Source: an uncultured Actinomycetes bacterium
GTDB taxonomy: Bacteria > Actinomycetota > UBA4738 > HRBIN12
Length of the DNA stretch: 64,000 nucleotides
Assembly (NCBI GenBank): GCA_963704725.1
Contig: OY969934.1
Span: 1,664,001-1,728,000 of the forward strand
Direction: 5' to 3'
The position numbers and the translations under genes are program-made. This document shows, one piece after another, positions 17,059-27,077 of the stretch; position 1 is the stretch's first letter; each line of letters begins with the position of its first letter. Below the pieces are notes generated by a model. The model worked only from the letters and a program-made list of their open reading frames with translations. It had not been told where the DNA came from and ran no database searches.

Positions 17059-18486
17059 TCAGCGACGGCGGTCGCGCCTCGAGGCGCGTCTGGCCAGTCC
17101 CGAGCCCGCGAGCAGGAGCGCGATCCCGGGCGGGATCACGTAGACGCCCCCCGACTTCGTGGGGTCGGGGTCCGAACCGAGCGTCGGCTTCGGCGACGGG
17201 GTGTGCGTCTTCGGGGGCGGCGATCCCGTCGGCGACGGCTTGTCGCTCGGCGAGGGCTCCTCCGTCGGGCTGGGGCTCGGGGACTCCGTCGGGGACGGGC
17301 TCTCGGTCGGAGACGGCGAATGGGTCGGGCTGGGGCTCGGCTGCTCTGTCGGGCTCGGCGAGGGCTCCTCCGTCGGGCTGGGGCTCGGGGACTCCGTCGG
17401 GCTCGGAGACGGCGACTCGGTCGGGCTGGGGCTCGGCTCCTCGGTCGGAGTCGGCGAAGGCTCCTGCGAAGGCGACGGTTCCTCAGGCGGCGGAGGCTCC
17501 TCGGACGGGCTCGTCTCCGGCTGCGGCGACGTGGCCGCGCTCGGCTCCGCCGCCGGCGTCTCGGTCACCTCGGGCGTGGTCTGGGGCGTCGGTTCGGGGC
17601 TCGGCGAGGGGCCGGTCTCCGGCGGCGGGGGAGTGGGCGTGACCTCCGAGGGCGGCTCGTCGCCGTACAGGACATCGTCGCCGATCACGCTTCGGAGCGT
17701 GACCAGGACGGCGTCGGGGAGTTGATCGAGATAGGGGGCGAGCGTCTGCGCGATCTCGGCGTCGAGCGCGGCCAGGGTCGCCGCGTCGGCGCCGGCGGCG
17801 ACCGCGGCCGAACGCTGCTCCATCAATCGGCTCGCGATCCCGGCCACCGTGGCGGAGTCGACCCCTCCCTCCTGCAGCTCCTGCTCGAGCCTGTCGAGCG
17901 CGCGCTCGGCCGCGACGACGTGGACCCGGGCGGGGCCCGTCGCCTGCGGGGCAGGGGTGCCGATCCCTCGAGCGAGCACGATGGCGAGCACGATGATGGA
18001 GGCGGCCGCGGCTCCCTGCAGCCGCTCGACCCACCCGCGCTCCCGGATCGACGGGGACGGGCGTTTGGGCGCAGCAACGAAAGCAGCCGGGGCCGAGGTC
18101 GCCCGGGGTGCGTGCTTGGCGCGATGACCGGTGAGCGCGAACTCGAGCTCCTTGAGTCCCGGGCCCTCCTCGACGACGGCGTCCGCGGCGGCCAGGAGCG
18201 AGGGGTCGGCCGTGGCGCGATCGCTGGTGAGGACGACGACGCGGGTTCTGGGAGCGGCGGTGCGGAGGCCGGACAGGAGCGAGGACTCCGGCTCCGCGGC
18301 GACGTTCTCGTGGACGAGCAGCACGTCCGGCTGGTGTTGGCGGACCGCTCGGACCGTGTCCTCGGCCGTTCCCGCCTCGGCGGACACGACGAAACCGCGC
18401 TCTTCCAGGAGGAAGCGCGCGAGGTTCCGCTCAAGGGGACGGCGATCCCCCACGACGGCAGAACGGCGAGAGGTGCCTCTCTTCAT
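17059..18486 (-). CDS. Membrane protein: pseudo-receiver domain, TM, helical domain, Pro/Ser/Thr/Glu stalk, C-terminal TM
   Basis: NarL-like REC N-terminus (AEAGTAEDTVRAVRQHQPDVLLVH), TM IIVLAIVLA, (EPSPSPT)n, terminal TM plus RRASRRDRRR; AGGAG SD. Confidence 0.75.
   Translation of the reverse strand: MKRGTSRRSAVVGDRRPLERNLARFLLEERGFVVSAEAGTAEDTVRAVRQHQPDVLLVHENVAAEPESSLLSGLRTAAPRTRVVVLTSDRATADPSLLAAADAVVEEGPGLKELEFALTGHRAKHAPRATSAPAAFVAAPKRPSPSIRERGWVERLQGAAAASIIVLAIVLARGIGTPAPQATGPARVHVVAAERALDRLEQELQEGGVDSATVAGIASRLMEQRSAAVAAGADAATLAALDAEIAQTLAPYLDQLPDAVLVTLRSVIGDDVLYGDEPPSEVTPTPPPPETGPSPSPEPTPQTTPEVTETPAAEPSAATSPQPETSPSEEPPPPEEPSPSQEPSPTPTEEPSPSPTESPSPSPTESPSPSPTEEPSPSPTEQPSPSPTHSPSPTESPSPTESPSPSPTEEPSPSDKPSPTGSPPPKTHTPSPKPTLGSDPDPTKSGGVYVIPPGIALLLAGSGLARRASRRDRRR
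17170..17660 (-). repeat. Coding low-complexity repeat (E/S-P-S-P-S-P-T units)
   Basis: Recurrent ggctcctccgtcgggctggggctcgg units; boundaries approximate. Confidence 0.8.
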
Positions 18487-18643
18487 GGCTCCTGTTCCGA
18501 GTAGCCGCGCACCCGATGCGACCTCATGTATAGCCCATCGCGTCGCGGGAAACAGCTACCCGTTGTGGCTAGCCCCCCCGGGGTCGGGGCACCCACCCAT
18601 CCGACCGACAAGGTTGCCCTTCGGCGAATCCCGTGGGCAGCGA

Positions 18644-20017
18644 TCAGGCGCCGTCGATGCGCCCGTCATGGATCGTGAGCGTGCGGTCGAGGAACCTCTT
18701 GGCGGCCTCGTCGTGCGTGGCCATCAGACACGCCGTCCCCTCGTCGCACGCGTCGCGAAGCGCGGCGAAGACTCGCTCGGTCCAGCCCCGGTCCTGATGA
18801 CCCGTGGGCTCGTCGGCGACGACCACCCGCGGGCGGAGCAGCAGGGCCCGGGCGATCGCGGCTCGCTGCTGCTCGCCGACGGAGGTCTCGAACGGGCGCC
18901 GATCCGCGAGCTCGGACAGGCCGAAGCGGGCGAGGAGTTCCTCGATGCGCTCGGCGTGCTCGCCGAGCGACCCGGCGAGCTTCGCCGGGTGCGCGACGTT
19001 CTCGCGGACGCTGAGCTCGTCGAGCAGCCCGAGCTTCTGAGGAACGACGGCGACGTCGCGCCACGCTGGCGGTCCGTCCGAGCTCGCGGTGGCCGGGCGC
19101 TCGATCGTTCCCCGATCGGCGCGCTCCCATGCGGCGATGAGGTTCAGCAGGGTGGTCTTGCCCGATCCCGAGCGCCCCACCACGCCGACGAGCTCGCCCT
19201 CGCGAACGCCGAACGACACGCCGTCGACCGCATGGACGACGTCGCCTCCTCGTGTGTACGTCTTGGCGACGTCGTCGAGGCGCAGGACGGTGAGCGCGTC
19301 GGGCTCGACGGCCGAGACGAACGCCATCGGCGCCGTGGCGCCGCCCGGCGGCCGTCGCGGGTCGACGACCTCGCCGTGGTCGAGCCGCAGGAGGACGTCG
19401 GCGGCGCGCATGACCGTGGGGTCGTGGGTGGCGAGCACGAAGGTGACGCCCCGATCGCGGACCCGCCGGATCGCTTGGAGCACGGCGTCGCCGGAAGCCG
19501 TGTCGAGCTCGGCCGTGGGTTCGTCGGCGACGACGACGCGCGCCCCGCTCACGAGCGCCTGCGCGAACGCCGCGCGCTGCTGCTCGCCGCCCGAAAGCTC
19601 GGTGGGGAGATGGTCGACGCGGTCCGCGATGCCGAGCTCCTCGAGCGCGTCGTGGGGGTGACCGTCCCGCGCGACGCGATCGACGTGCTCGCCGACCGTG
19701 AGGTACGGCAGGAAGTTGTCGGAGGGCCGCTGGAACACGTAGCCGAGCCGCTTCTGTCGCATCCGCCGTCTGATCCGGGACGAGGCCCGGCTCACCTGGA
19801 TCCCCGAGACCGTGATGGAGCCGGACGTCGGGCGGTCCATGCCGGCGATGAGCCGAAGCAGCGAGGACTTGCCACTCCCGCTCGGACCGGCGACGGCGAC
19901 GAGGGCGCCGGCTGGGAAGGAAGCGCTGACGCCGCGGAGCGCTCGGACCTCGCCCGTGGCGGTCCGATACGTCTTCACGACGTCGGCGCACACCACCAAC
20001 GCCGTCTCATTCGGCAA
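18644..20017 (-). CDS. ABC transporter ATPase with two tandem LolD/MacB-like NBDs
   Basis: GPSGSGKS...LSGGEQQR...DEPT and GRSGSGKT...SVGEQQR...DEPT. Confidence 0.92.
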   Translation of the reverse strand: MPNETALVVCADVVKTYRTATGEVRALRGVSASFPAGALVAVAGPSGSGKSSLLRLIAGMDRPTSGSITVSGIQVSRASSRIRRRMRQKRLGYVFQRPSDNFLPYLTVGEHVDRVARDGHPHDALEELGIADRVDHLPTELSGGEQQRAAFAQALVSGARVVVADEPTAELDTASGDAVLQAIRRVRDRGVTFVLATHDPTVMRAADVLLRLDHGEVVDPRRPPGGATAPMAFVSAVEPDALTVLRLDDVAKTYTRGGDVVHAVDGVSFGVREGELVGVVGRSGSGKTTLLNLIAAWERADRGTIERPATASSDGPPAWRDVAVVPQKLGLLDELSVRENVAHPAKLAGSLGEHAERIEELLARFGLSELADRRPFETSVGEQQRAAIARALLLRPRVVVADEPTGHQDRGWTERVFAALRDACDEGTACLMATHDEAAKRFLDRTLTIHDGRIDGA

Positions 20018-22763
20018 CGCGCATCACCTCCCCCAGATCGATGCCTCGCGCCCGGCGGTTGGTGACCGCCGCCCCGAGCCACACGAGCGCCGACACAAGG
20101 ACCGCGGCGGCGGCCATCAAGGCGACGGGCACGACGAGCAGCGGCGGCGGCGGGATCGCCGCGATCGGATCCAGCTTCGGCACCGTGAGGCGGGCGGCGG
20201 CGACCGACAGGACGACGGCGACGACGAAGGCGATGCCGAGCATCACGCCGAGCTCGAGAACCAGGGCCCGCCGCTGCTGGGCATGCCGCATGCCCATCCT
20301 CGTCGACAGCGCGTACGAGACGATCTGGGAACGCTGCCGCGCCTGGAGGTACATCAGCATCCCCACGAATGCGAGCGCGGCGGCGACCGCGCCGAGGGCG
20401 TTGACGACGACGAACGTCTGGATGGCGGCGGCGACGTGGGGGATGTCCTCGAGCTCGTCGGCCGAGATGACGATGAACGGCGGGCTGTCCATCCGGGCGA
20501 ACGCCGCTCGAACGCCGGGGATGTCCCCGCGCGCCCACAGCTCGGCGCCGTATCGCGTGAGCGGGTTGTACGGGAGGTCGAGCCGCCGGACGAGCTGTGC
20601 CTCGTCGACCACGATCAACGGCTTCAGGGAGTACAGGCCGGGGAACGCCGTCGGGCGGGCGACCACCCGGACCGGGACGATCGCGCTCCCCACGTTGATC
20701 TCGTCCACGGGAAGGTCACCGCCGGCCGCGAGGAGGACGGGGAGCGGCCCGTCGCCCCCGGAGCCGAGCCGCGCGGTGAGCTCCGCGAGCGATTCGTCGT
20801 CGAAGCCATCGTTCCAGTACGCCGCGTCGGCGAACGTGGCCGCATCGATGGCGAGCAGGTCGACGGCCCGCCCCGAGGAGAGCCGCGCGCCCTCCCCGGC
20901 TTGCACCACGCGAGTGGCGGGATACGGGAAGCCCTCGGGAACCGAGCTGCTGATGACCTGGGCCGAGGCGTCGCTGCCGACGAACACCTCGGCCTTCGTG
21001 TGCACGCTCGTCTCCAGCGACCGGGAGACGATCTGGGCGTGGAGGAACGTCCCGAGGCACAGTCCCGCGCCGCCCACGAGGAGCATCGTGAAGGTCCCGC
21101 CCCCGGCGAGTCGCCGGGTCGCGACGTAGGACGCCGGCGGGGCCGAGGCCGTCGGGCGCCGGAGCCACGAGAACCCGTGGCCGGCCAGTCGCGCCACGAG
21201 AAGCGCGAACCCCGCGAGCAGCAGGAAGGGGAACGCGACGAGCGCGAGGCTCGGGCGGAGGACGTCGAGTCGCTCGTCCGCGACGAATGCGCCTCCCTCC
21301 CGCAGGCGCTGGAGTGCCACGAACGCGAGAGCGGCGATGCCGAGCTCCCAGGGGGCGAGCTCGACGACGCGGGCGAACCGCCGCCCGTGCGGATCGACCA
21401 CGCGCAGGTAGGTTCGCGCCGCGACGATGGCGGTCAGCACGATCGACCCGATGACGGCGATCGTGGTGGCGATCGCGGCGTCGGCGAAGACCGAGCGGTC
21501 GACGGGAGCGGGGGGCCCGAGCACGCCGACGGCCGCGACCGCCAGCCCGAACCCGACCACCCCGCCCACGATGCACGGCAAGGCCGACTCGAGAGCGGTC
21601 CTCGCGCCCACGCGCGCGGACGAGGATCCCCGGGTGAACCACCACGTGGCCTCGACCCGGCGAGCGCGGACGGAGAACGCCCCCGCGGCCGCCACGACGA
21701 CGACGGCGACCGCGATCCCCGCCACCTCGAGCACGCGCGCCGGCCCCTCGACGGCGACGATCCGCTTCTCGACGTCGTCGACGACGAGCCCGATCGAGGA
21801 CGCGAAGGTCGTCGCGGTGACGTTGAAGCGGCGGAAGAAGAAGCGACGGCAACAGGCGAAGGTGGTCCCGAGCTCTCCATCGGGATACGTGATCTGCTCG
21901 TGCACCCGGTCCTGATAGGCGTCGAGCGCCCGGGCCTCCTCGAGGCTGATCGTCGTGACCGCGAGGGGCGCCTCCCATCGGACCAAGGCGGTCCTCTGGC
22001 CGAGGGCCTTCAGCAGACCGAGGACCTGAGCGCGGTCGCCGAGGATCGGCTGCGGCGGCGGGCTGCACTCCAGGCATTGCAGCCGGAACTCCGTCCCCCA
22101 CGGCTGCCAGTACCCCCCGGGTGGGGTCGCGTAGACGGCCCGGTAGACGCCGTCGACGCCCACGGACACTCCGACGCCGCTGTCCGGGTCGCGGAGACGG
22201 ATCGTGTCCCCGGGCCCGACCCCGAGCTGGTCGGCGATCAGGTCGGGGAGCCACACGCCGTCGCCATCGGTCCCCGCCAGCCGCTCGACCTCGTCGAGCG
22301 CGCCGGTCGCGCTGAACAGGCGCCCGTCCTGAGGCGGCGCGCCGGGAGCCTCGACGTCGAGCTCGTTGCTCATCACTCCCGCCACCGGGGGGCCCAGCAC
22401 CGGGCTGCCCGCGGCGAGCATGCGGAACGCCTCCGTCGGCCCGTCGGGCGTCGGGGCCATCAGCCCGGGCTGGATCTGAACGGGGTGGAGCGGCAGGTCG
22501 CGGATCGTGTACGTGAGCCCCGCTCCGTAGCGGGTGACGGTGGGCCGCTCCAGCCCGCTGCGGACCAGCTCGCTGGTGGTGGCCGACATGAACAGGGGGT
22601 ACGCGGCCGCCGCGACGGCGAGCAGCAGCGAGCCGGCGGCGACGGCCAGGAGCAGCGCCGGATGTCGGAGCAGCAGGAACGGCGCCGCCCGCCGGAACAC
22701 GCCGCCGCGGCCCGCGTCGGCGCGAACGGATCTCCGCTCCTGCGCGATCGGCCCGGCCATCAC
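20007..22763 (-). CDS. FtsX/MacB-like ABC permease (two repeats)
   Basis: 918 aa, about 10 TM segments and two large extracytoplasmic loops; overlaps the ATPase start. Confidence 0.8.
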   Translation of the reverse strand: MMAGPIAQERRSVRADAGRGGVFRRAAPFLLLRHPALLLAVAAGSLLLAVAAAAYPLFMSATTSELVRSGLERPTVTRYGAGLTYTIRDLPLHPVQIQPGLMAPTPDGPTEAFRMLAAGSPVLGPPVAGVMSNELDVEAPGAPPQDGRLFSATGALDEVERLAGTDGDGVWLPDLIADQLGVGPGDTIRLRDPDSGVGVSVGVDGVYRAVYATPPGGYWQPWGTEFRLQCLECSPPPQPILGDRAQVLGLLKALGQRTALVRWEAPLAVTTISLEEARALDAYQDRVHEQITYPDGELGTTFACCRRFFFRRFNVTATTFASSIGLVVDDVEKRIVAVEGPARVLEVAGIAVAVVVVAAAGAFSVRARRVEATWWFTRGSSSARVGARTALESALPCIVGGVVGFGLAVAAVGVLGPPAPVDRSVFADAAIATTIAVIGSIVLTAIVAARTYLRVVDPHGRRFARVVELAPWELGIAALAFVALQRLREGGAFVADERLDVLRPSLALVAFPFLLLAGFALLVARLAGHGFSWLRRPTASAPPASYVATRRLAGGGTFTMLLVGGAGLCLGTFLHAQIVSRSLETSVHTKAEVFVGSDASAQVISSSVPEGFPYPATRVVQAGEGARLSSGRAVDLLAIDAATFADAAYWNDGFDDESLAELTARLGSGGDGPLPVLLAAGGDLPVDEINVGSAIVPVRVVARPTAFPGLYSLKPLIVVDEAQLVRRLDLPYNPLTRYGAELWARGDIPGVRAAFARMDSPPFIVISADELEDIPHVAAAIQTFVVVNALGAVAAALAFVGMLMYLQARQRSQIVSYALSTRMGMRHAQQRRALVLELGVMLGIAFVVAVVLSVAAARLTVPKLDPIAAIPPPPLLVVPVALMAAAAVLVSALVWLGAAVTNRRARGIDLGEVMRVAE

Positions 22764-22828
22764 CCGGAACCTACGTTGTGGCGGGGTCGTCCGGCTCCCC
22801 CGCTCGCGGTCGGATAGATTCGCGGGCG

Positions 22829-23404
22829 ATGCGCGTCTGCGTGTTCGCGGGATCCTCGCCCGGCATCCGGCACGAGTACGCGCGGGCGGCGACGGAGCTC
22901 GGGGCGCTCCTCGGCCGGCGTGGGATCGGCATGGTCTACGGAGGAGGGCACATCGGCCTGATGGGCGCGGCCGCCGAGGCGGCGCTCGAGGCCGGGGGCG
23001 AGGTGATCGGGGTCATCCCCGAGGCCCTCATGGAACGGGAGATCGCCATGCTCGAGGTCACCGAGCTGCACGTCGTGGCCACGATGCACGAGCGCAAGGC
23101 GATGATGGGCGACCTCTCGGTCGCGTTCGCGGCGCTCCCGGGCGGTCTCGGCACGCTCGAGGAGCTGTTCGAGGTCTGGACGTGGAGCCAGCTCGGGCTG
23201 CACCGCAAGCCGCTCGGCCTGCTGAACGTGGACGGGTTCTACGACACGCTACTGGCACATCTGCAGCGAGCGAGCGCGGAGGGGTTCGTCCGGGCCGAGT
23301 ACCTGAGCCTCCTCCGGGTCGAGACGACGCCGGAGGCGCTCCTGGACGCGCTGCTGACGCGCCCGCCCGAGGAGCCCGCGGTCCCGACCCGCGACCTGCG
23401 ATGA
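22829..23404 (+). CDS. LOG family nucleotide phosphoribohydrolase (TIGR00730-type)
   Basis: [32 protein letters not shown]. Confidence 0.93.
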   Translation: MRVCVFAGSSPGIRHEYARAATELGALLGRRGIGMVYGGGHIGLMGAAAEAALEAGGEVIGVIPEALMEREIAMLEVTELHVVATMHERKAMMGDLSVAFAALPGGLGTLEELFEVWTWSQLGLHRKPLGLLNVDGFYDTLLAHLQRASAEGFVRAEYLSLLRVETTPEALLDALLTRPPEEPAVPTRDLR

Positions 23405-23471
23405 GCGGGGCGACGCCCCCAGGTCTGCGACGAGTCCGGTCGAGGCTCCGAGGGGCGGCGCGCGAGCTCGG

Positions 23472-23762
23472 CTATCGGTCGCGCTTGCCCATGCCGCGGC
23501 CGGAGCCACCGAGCAGGCCGAGATCCACGGCGACGCCGATCACGATCACGATGACGCCGGCGGCCTCCAGGCCGCCGTTCGGCGCCGTGAACTCGTTCTT
23601 CGCGATCGCATAGCCGATCGCGGTCGTGGGCAGGAAGAAGAACCCGAGCAATGCCCACCATCCGCTGGCGAACGCGCGCTCGAGGTAGTTCGTGAAGAGC
23701 CAGAGCAGCACCATGACGAACCGCGGCGTGACGAGCGAGAAGACGACCAGGAGGCAACCCAT
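23472..23762 (-). CDS. Small integral membrane protein
   Basis: MGCLL...PRF...LGFFFLPTT, three hydrophobic segments; TAGCAT-N6-ATG. Confidence 0.75.
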   Translation of the reverse strand: MGCLLVVFSLVTPRFVMVLLWLFTNYLERAFASGWWALLGFFFLPTTAIGYAIAKNEFTAPNGGLEAAGVIVIVIGVAVDLGLLGGSGRGMGKRDR

Positions 23763-23803
23763 GGTCGGATGCTATCCCGGCGCCGTTCGCTCACGTCGAG
23801 GGC

Positions 23804-23833
23804 TTGCGCCCACTCGAACGTATGTTCTATCCT
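23804..23833 (+). promoter_or_regulatory. SigA-type promoter overlapped by a LexA (SOS) box
   Basis: TTGCGC-N18-TATCCT with TCGAAC-GTAT-GTTCTA at 23814-23829 (consensus TCGAAC-N4-GTTCGA). Confidence 0.8.
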
Positions 23834-23843
23834 CATCGCTTCG

Positions 23844-25850
23844 ATGGCCGACCAACTCTTCGAGATCGCCCGGCGCACGTTCGACACCCCCGAGTTCCGG
23901 GGGATGGAGTTCATCGAGACCGATTGCAGGACCATCATCAACCGCGTCCCCGGCTCGTACCTCCCGTTCAACTGGACGATCAACCCGTACCGGGGATGCT
24001 CGCATGCGTGTAGTTACTGCACGTCCGGCGATACCCCGGTCCTGATGGCCGATGGCCGGACGAGGCCCATCGCGAAGGTCGAGGTGGGGGATCGGATCTA
24101 CGGGACCGTGCGCCGGGGTCGGTACCGGAGGTACGTCACGACGCCGGTACTCGCCCATTGGTCCACGGTGAAGCCCGCCTATCGGGTCACACTCGAGGAC
24201 GGCACCGAGCTGATCGCGAGCGGCGACCACCGGTTCCTCACGGAGCGAGGATGGAAGCACGTCACCGGGAAGGGTTCGGGCCGCGAGTGCCGGCCCTTCC
24301 TGACCACGAACAACGAGCTCCTGGGCGTCGGCGGCTTCGCCGTAGCGCCTGCTGAGGATGACGACTATCGGCGCGGCTACCTCACGGGCATGATCCGTGG
24401 CGACGGACAGATCGGCTCGTACGCGTACCCGGCAAGGAACGGACGGTCCCGAGCAGTGCATCGATTCCGGCTCGCTCTCGTGGACGGCGAGGGGCTCGAT
24501 CGGGCGCGCATCTATCTGTCCCGGGAGGGAGTCGAGACGACGCCGTTTCAGTTCCAGCAAGCGACCGGGCGGCATCGGCGGATGGGCGCTATCCGATCGC
24601 AGCGTCGGGCCGACGTCGAGCGGATCCGCGAGGTCATCGCCTGGCCGGCCCGATCCACGAACGCTTGGCGGAAGGGGTTCCTCGCCGGCGTCTTCGACGC
24701 CGAGGGGAGTTTCAGTGGCACCCTCCGCATCGCGAATTGCGACCCGCAGATCCTCGGCACGACGACTGCGTGTCTGGACGCGCTCGGCTTCTCGCATCGG
24801 TTGGAGACGACCATCGACCGCAAGGGGCTGGCCTACGTCCGGCTCCTCGGCGGTCTCCGAGAGGTCCTCCGCTTCTTCCACACGGTCGATCCCGCCATCA
24901 CGAGGAAGCGAGACATCGCGGGGATCGCGATCAAGAGCGATGCGCCACTCCGGCTCGTCTCGGTCGAGCCGCTCGATCTCGACCTCCCCTTGTACGACAT
25001 CACCACCGGGACCGGGGACTTCATCGCGGACGGCGTGGTGAGCCACAACTGCTTCGCGCGGCCCACGCACACGTTCCTCGACATGAACGCCGGGAGCGAC
25101 TTCGAGCGCAAGATCGTGGTGAAGGTCAACGCGCCCGACGTGCTGCGCCGGCAGCTCGCCGCCAAGCGCTGGAAGGGCGAGGGCATCGCCATGGGGACCA
25201 ACACCGACCCGTACCAGCGGGCCGAGGGGCGCTACCGGTTGATGCCGCGGATCGTGGAGGCCCTCGCGGACTTCCGGAACCCGTTCTCGATCCTGACCAA
25301 GGGCACGCTGATCCTGCGCGATCTCGACCTGCTCGTCGACGCGGCGCGGGTGGCCGACGTCGCCACCGCCTTCTCCATCGGCACGCTGGACGAGGACGTG
25401 TGGCGGCGGACGGAGCCCGGCACGCCGCACCCGCGCAAGCGGATCGAGGCCGTCGCGGCTCTCAACGCCGCCGGGATCCCGTGCGGGGTCCTCATGGCGC
25501 CGATCCTGCCGGGGATCAGCGATCACCCCCGTCAGCTCCGGGAGGTCGCCCGGGCGGCGATCGACGCAGGCGCGACCCACGTCTCCCCGATCCTCCTGCA
25601 CCTGCGGCCGGGTGTCCGCGAGGAGTTCATGCCCTGGCTGGCCGAGCACTACCCGGATCTCGTGGAGCGATACGAGGCGATGTACCGGACGCCGTACGCG
25701 TCGCCGGCGGATCGCAAGCGGGTCGGATCGACCGTCGGGAGCATCGTCCGGTCGCTCGGAGGCACCCGGCGGGAGCGGGCGGCTCCGCATCGGTGGTCCG
25801 GCCGGGGAGACGGCGGCGGCGGGTCCGGGGAGCAGCTCAGCCTCGTCTGA
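23844..25850 (+). CDS. Rv2578c-family radical SAM protein (SPL-like), intein-containing
   Basis: RTFDTPEFRG, WTINPYRGCSHACSY[intein]CFARPTH, GTNTDPYQRAEGRY, ILTKG, EPGTPHP, C-terminal QLSLV. Confidence 0.92.
   Translation: MADQLFEIARRTFDTPEFRGMEFIETDCRTIINRVPGSYLPFNWTINPYRGCSHACSYCTSGDTPVLMADGRTRPIAKVEVGDRIYGTVRRGRYRRYVTTPVLAHWSTVKPAYRVTLEDGTELIASGDHRFLTERGWKHVTGKGSGRECRPFLTTNNELLGVGGFAVAPAEDDDYRRGYLTGMIRGDGQIGSYAYPARNGRSRAVHRFRLALVDGEGLDRARIYLSREGVETTPFQFQQATGRHRRMGAIRSQRRADVERIREVIAWPARSTNAWRKGFLAGVFDAEGSFSGTLRIANCDPQILGTTTACLDALGFSHRLETTIDRKGLAYVRLLGGLREVLRFFHTVDPAITRKRDIAGIAIKSDAPLRLVSVEPLDLDLPLYDITTGTGDFIADGVVSHNCFARPTHTFLDMNAGSDFERKIVVKVNAPDVLRRQLAAKRWKGEGIAMGTNTDPYQRAEGRYRLMPRIVEALADFRNPFSILTKGTLILRDLDLLVDAARVADVATAFSIGTLDEDVWRRTEPGTPHPRKRIEAVAALNAAGIPCGVLMAPILPGISDHPRQLREVARAAIDAGATHVSPILLHLRPGVREEFMPWLAEHYPDLVERYEAMYRTPYASPADRKRVGSTVGSIVRSLGGTRRERAAPHRWSGRGDGGGGSGEQLSLV
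24018..25049 (+). mobile_element. Intein (344 aa) with LAGLIDADG homing endonuclease
   Basis: Block A CTSGDTPVLMADG, block B SGDHRFLT, LAGLIDADG motifs YLTGMIRGDG and FLAGVFDAEG, terminal YDITTGTGDFIADGVVSHN/C. Confidence 0.95.
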
Positions 25851-25879
25851 CGCGGGACATCGGCTACCCTTCCGCACCG

Positions 25880-26590
25880 ATGCTTGGCATGGACCGGATC
25901 CTCGAGCTGCAGGAGCTCGATACCTCGATCGGCCGGCTGACGCACCGGCGCGAGCTGCTCGAGGCGGGGGAGGAGCTGTCCGCCGTCCGCACGGAGGCGG
26001 AAGAGGCCGAGTCGCGCCTCGGGGAGATCCGGCTGGCGCTCGACGCCGTCGCCCGCGAGTCCACGCGCCTGGAACACGAGATCGAGACGGTCGGCGCCAA
26101 GGCCGCGGCCGAGGAAAAGCGCATGTACGACGGCAGCATCGCGAACGCCAAGGAGCTCGAAGCCCTCCAGCACGAGATCCAGAGCCTCAAGGAGCGGCGT
26201 GGCCGGGCCGAGGACGAGCTCCTCGACCGGATGGTGACTCGCGAGGACCTCGAGGCCAGGGCCGTGACGGCTGACGCCGAGCTCACCGCGATCCGCGAGC
26301 GGATGCAGGCGGTCGGCGGCGACGCGGTGCGCGAGCTCGAGGAGATCGAGGCCGGCTTGGCGGAGCAGCGGTCGGCTCGCGGCACGCTGGCCGCCGAGCT
26401 CGACGAGGAGCTCCTCGAGCTGTACGAGGACCTCCGGCGTCAGAAGAAAGGTGTCGGGGCCGCGGCGATCGTCGACGGCGTCTGCCAGGCGTGCCACGAG
26501 AAGCTGTCCGCGGTCGAGCTCGACAAGCTGAAGCACACCGACGGCGTCAAGAGGTGTGAGTACTGCCGGCGGATCGTCGTCTTCGCGTGA
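25880..26590 (+). CDS. Coiled-coil plus C4 zinc-ribbon protein (DUF164/Rv2229c-like)
   Basis: LELQELD, MYDGSIANAKELEALQHEI, YEDLR...G-AA...CQACH...CEYCRRI. Confidence 0.9.
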   Translation: MLGMDRILELQELDTSIGRLTHRRELLEAGEELSAVRTEAEEAESRLGEIRLALDAVARESTRLEHEIETVGAKAAAEEKRMYDGSIANAKELEALQHEIQSLKERRGRAEDELLDRMVTREDLEARAVTADAELTAIRERMQAVGGDAVRELEEIEAGLAEQRSARGTLAAELDEELLELYEDLRRQKKGVGAAAIVDGVCQACHEKLSAVELDKLKHTDGVKRCEYCRRIVVFA

Positions 26591-27054
26591 TCGTCGCGAC
26601 CGACGGGGCCGCGCGCGGCAACCCGGGGCCCGCCGGGATCGGCGCCGTCGTCACCGGTGAGGACGGGGAGGTCCTGGCGGAGATCGCGGAGGGCATCGGG
26701 GTGGCCACGAACAACGTGGCCGAGTACACGGCGGTGATCCGGGGGCTGGAGCGCGCGCGCGAGCTCGGGGCGTCGCAGGTGCTGGTCCGCTCGGACAGCC
26801 GGCTGATCGTGGAGCAGCTCTCGGGCCGCTTCAAGGTGAAGAACCCCACGCTGCAGCGGCTGCACACGCAGGCTCGGTCGCTCGCCGCCGGGTTCGATCG
26901 GATCCGGTTCGAGCACGTCCCGCGGGAGCGGAACACCGACGCGGACCGGCTGGCGAACGCCGGTGTCGACGCCTGGCTCGCCGGCGAGGGCGCGACGTGG
27001 TCCCGCCCGGCGCCCCCGTCTCGCCTGTGGGGGGGCGACGACGAGGGCCGCTGA
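26587..27054 (+). CDS. rnhA: Ribonuclease HI (stand-alone)
   Basis: TDGAARGNPGPAG, ATNNVAEY, DSRLIVEQ, HVPRERNTDADRLAN. Confidence 0.93.
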   Translation: MIVATDGAARGNPGPAGIGAVVTGEDGEVLAEIAEGIGVATNNVAEYTAVIRGLERARELGASQVLVRSDSRLIVEQLSGRFKVKNPTLQRLHTQARSLAAGFDRIRFEHVPRERNTDADRLANAGVDAWLAGEGATWSRPAPPSRLWGGDDEGR

Positions 27055-27077
27055 CCGGCGAGCCTATACTCGGACGC

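Noticed and set aside
16289-17660. Tandem repeats considered as a possible CRISPR array
   Set aside because: Units are in-frame, degenerate at third positions and lack unique spacers; no cas genes are present.
15695-18486. tRNA-Val as an integration site for the downstream unusual genes
   Set aside because: No integrase and no duplicated tRNA 3' end seen in the window; composition looks native.
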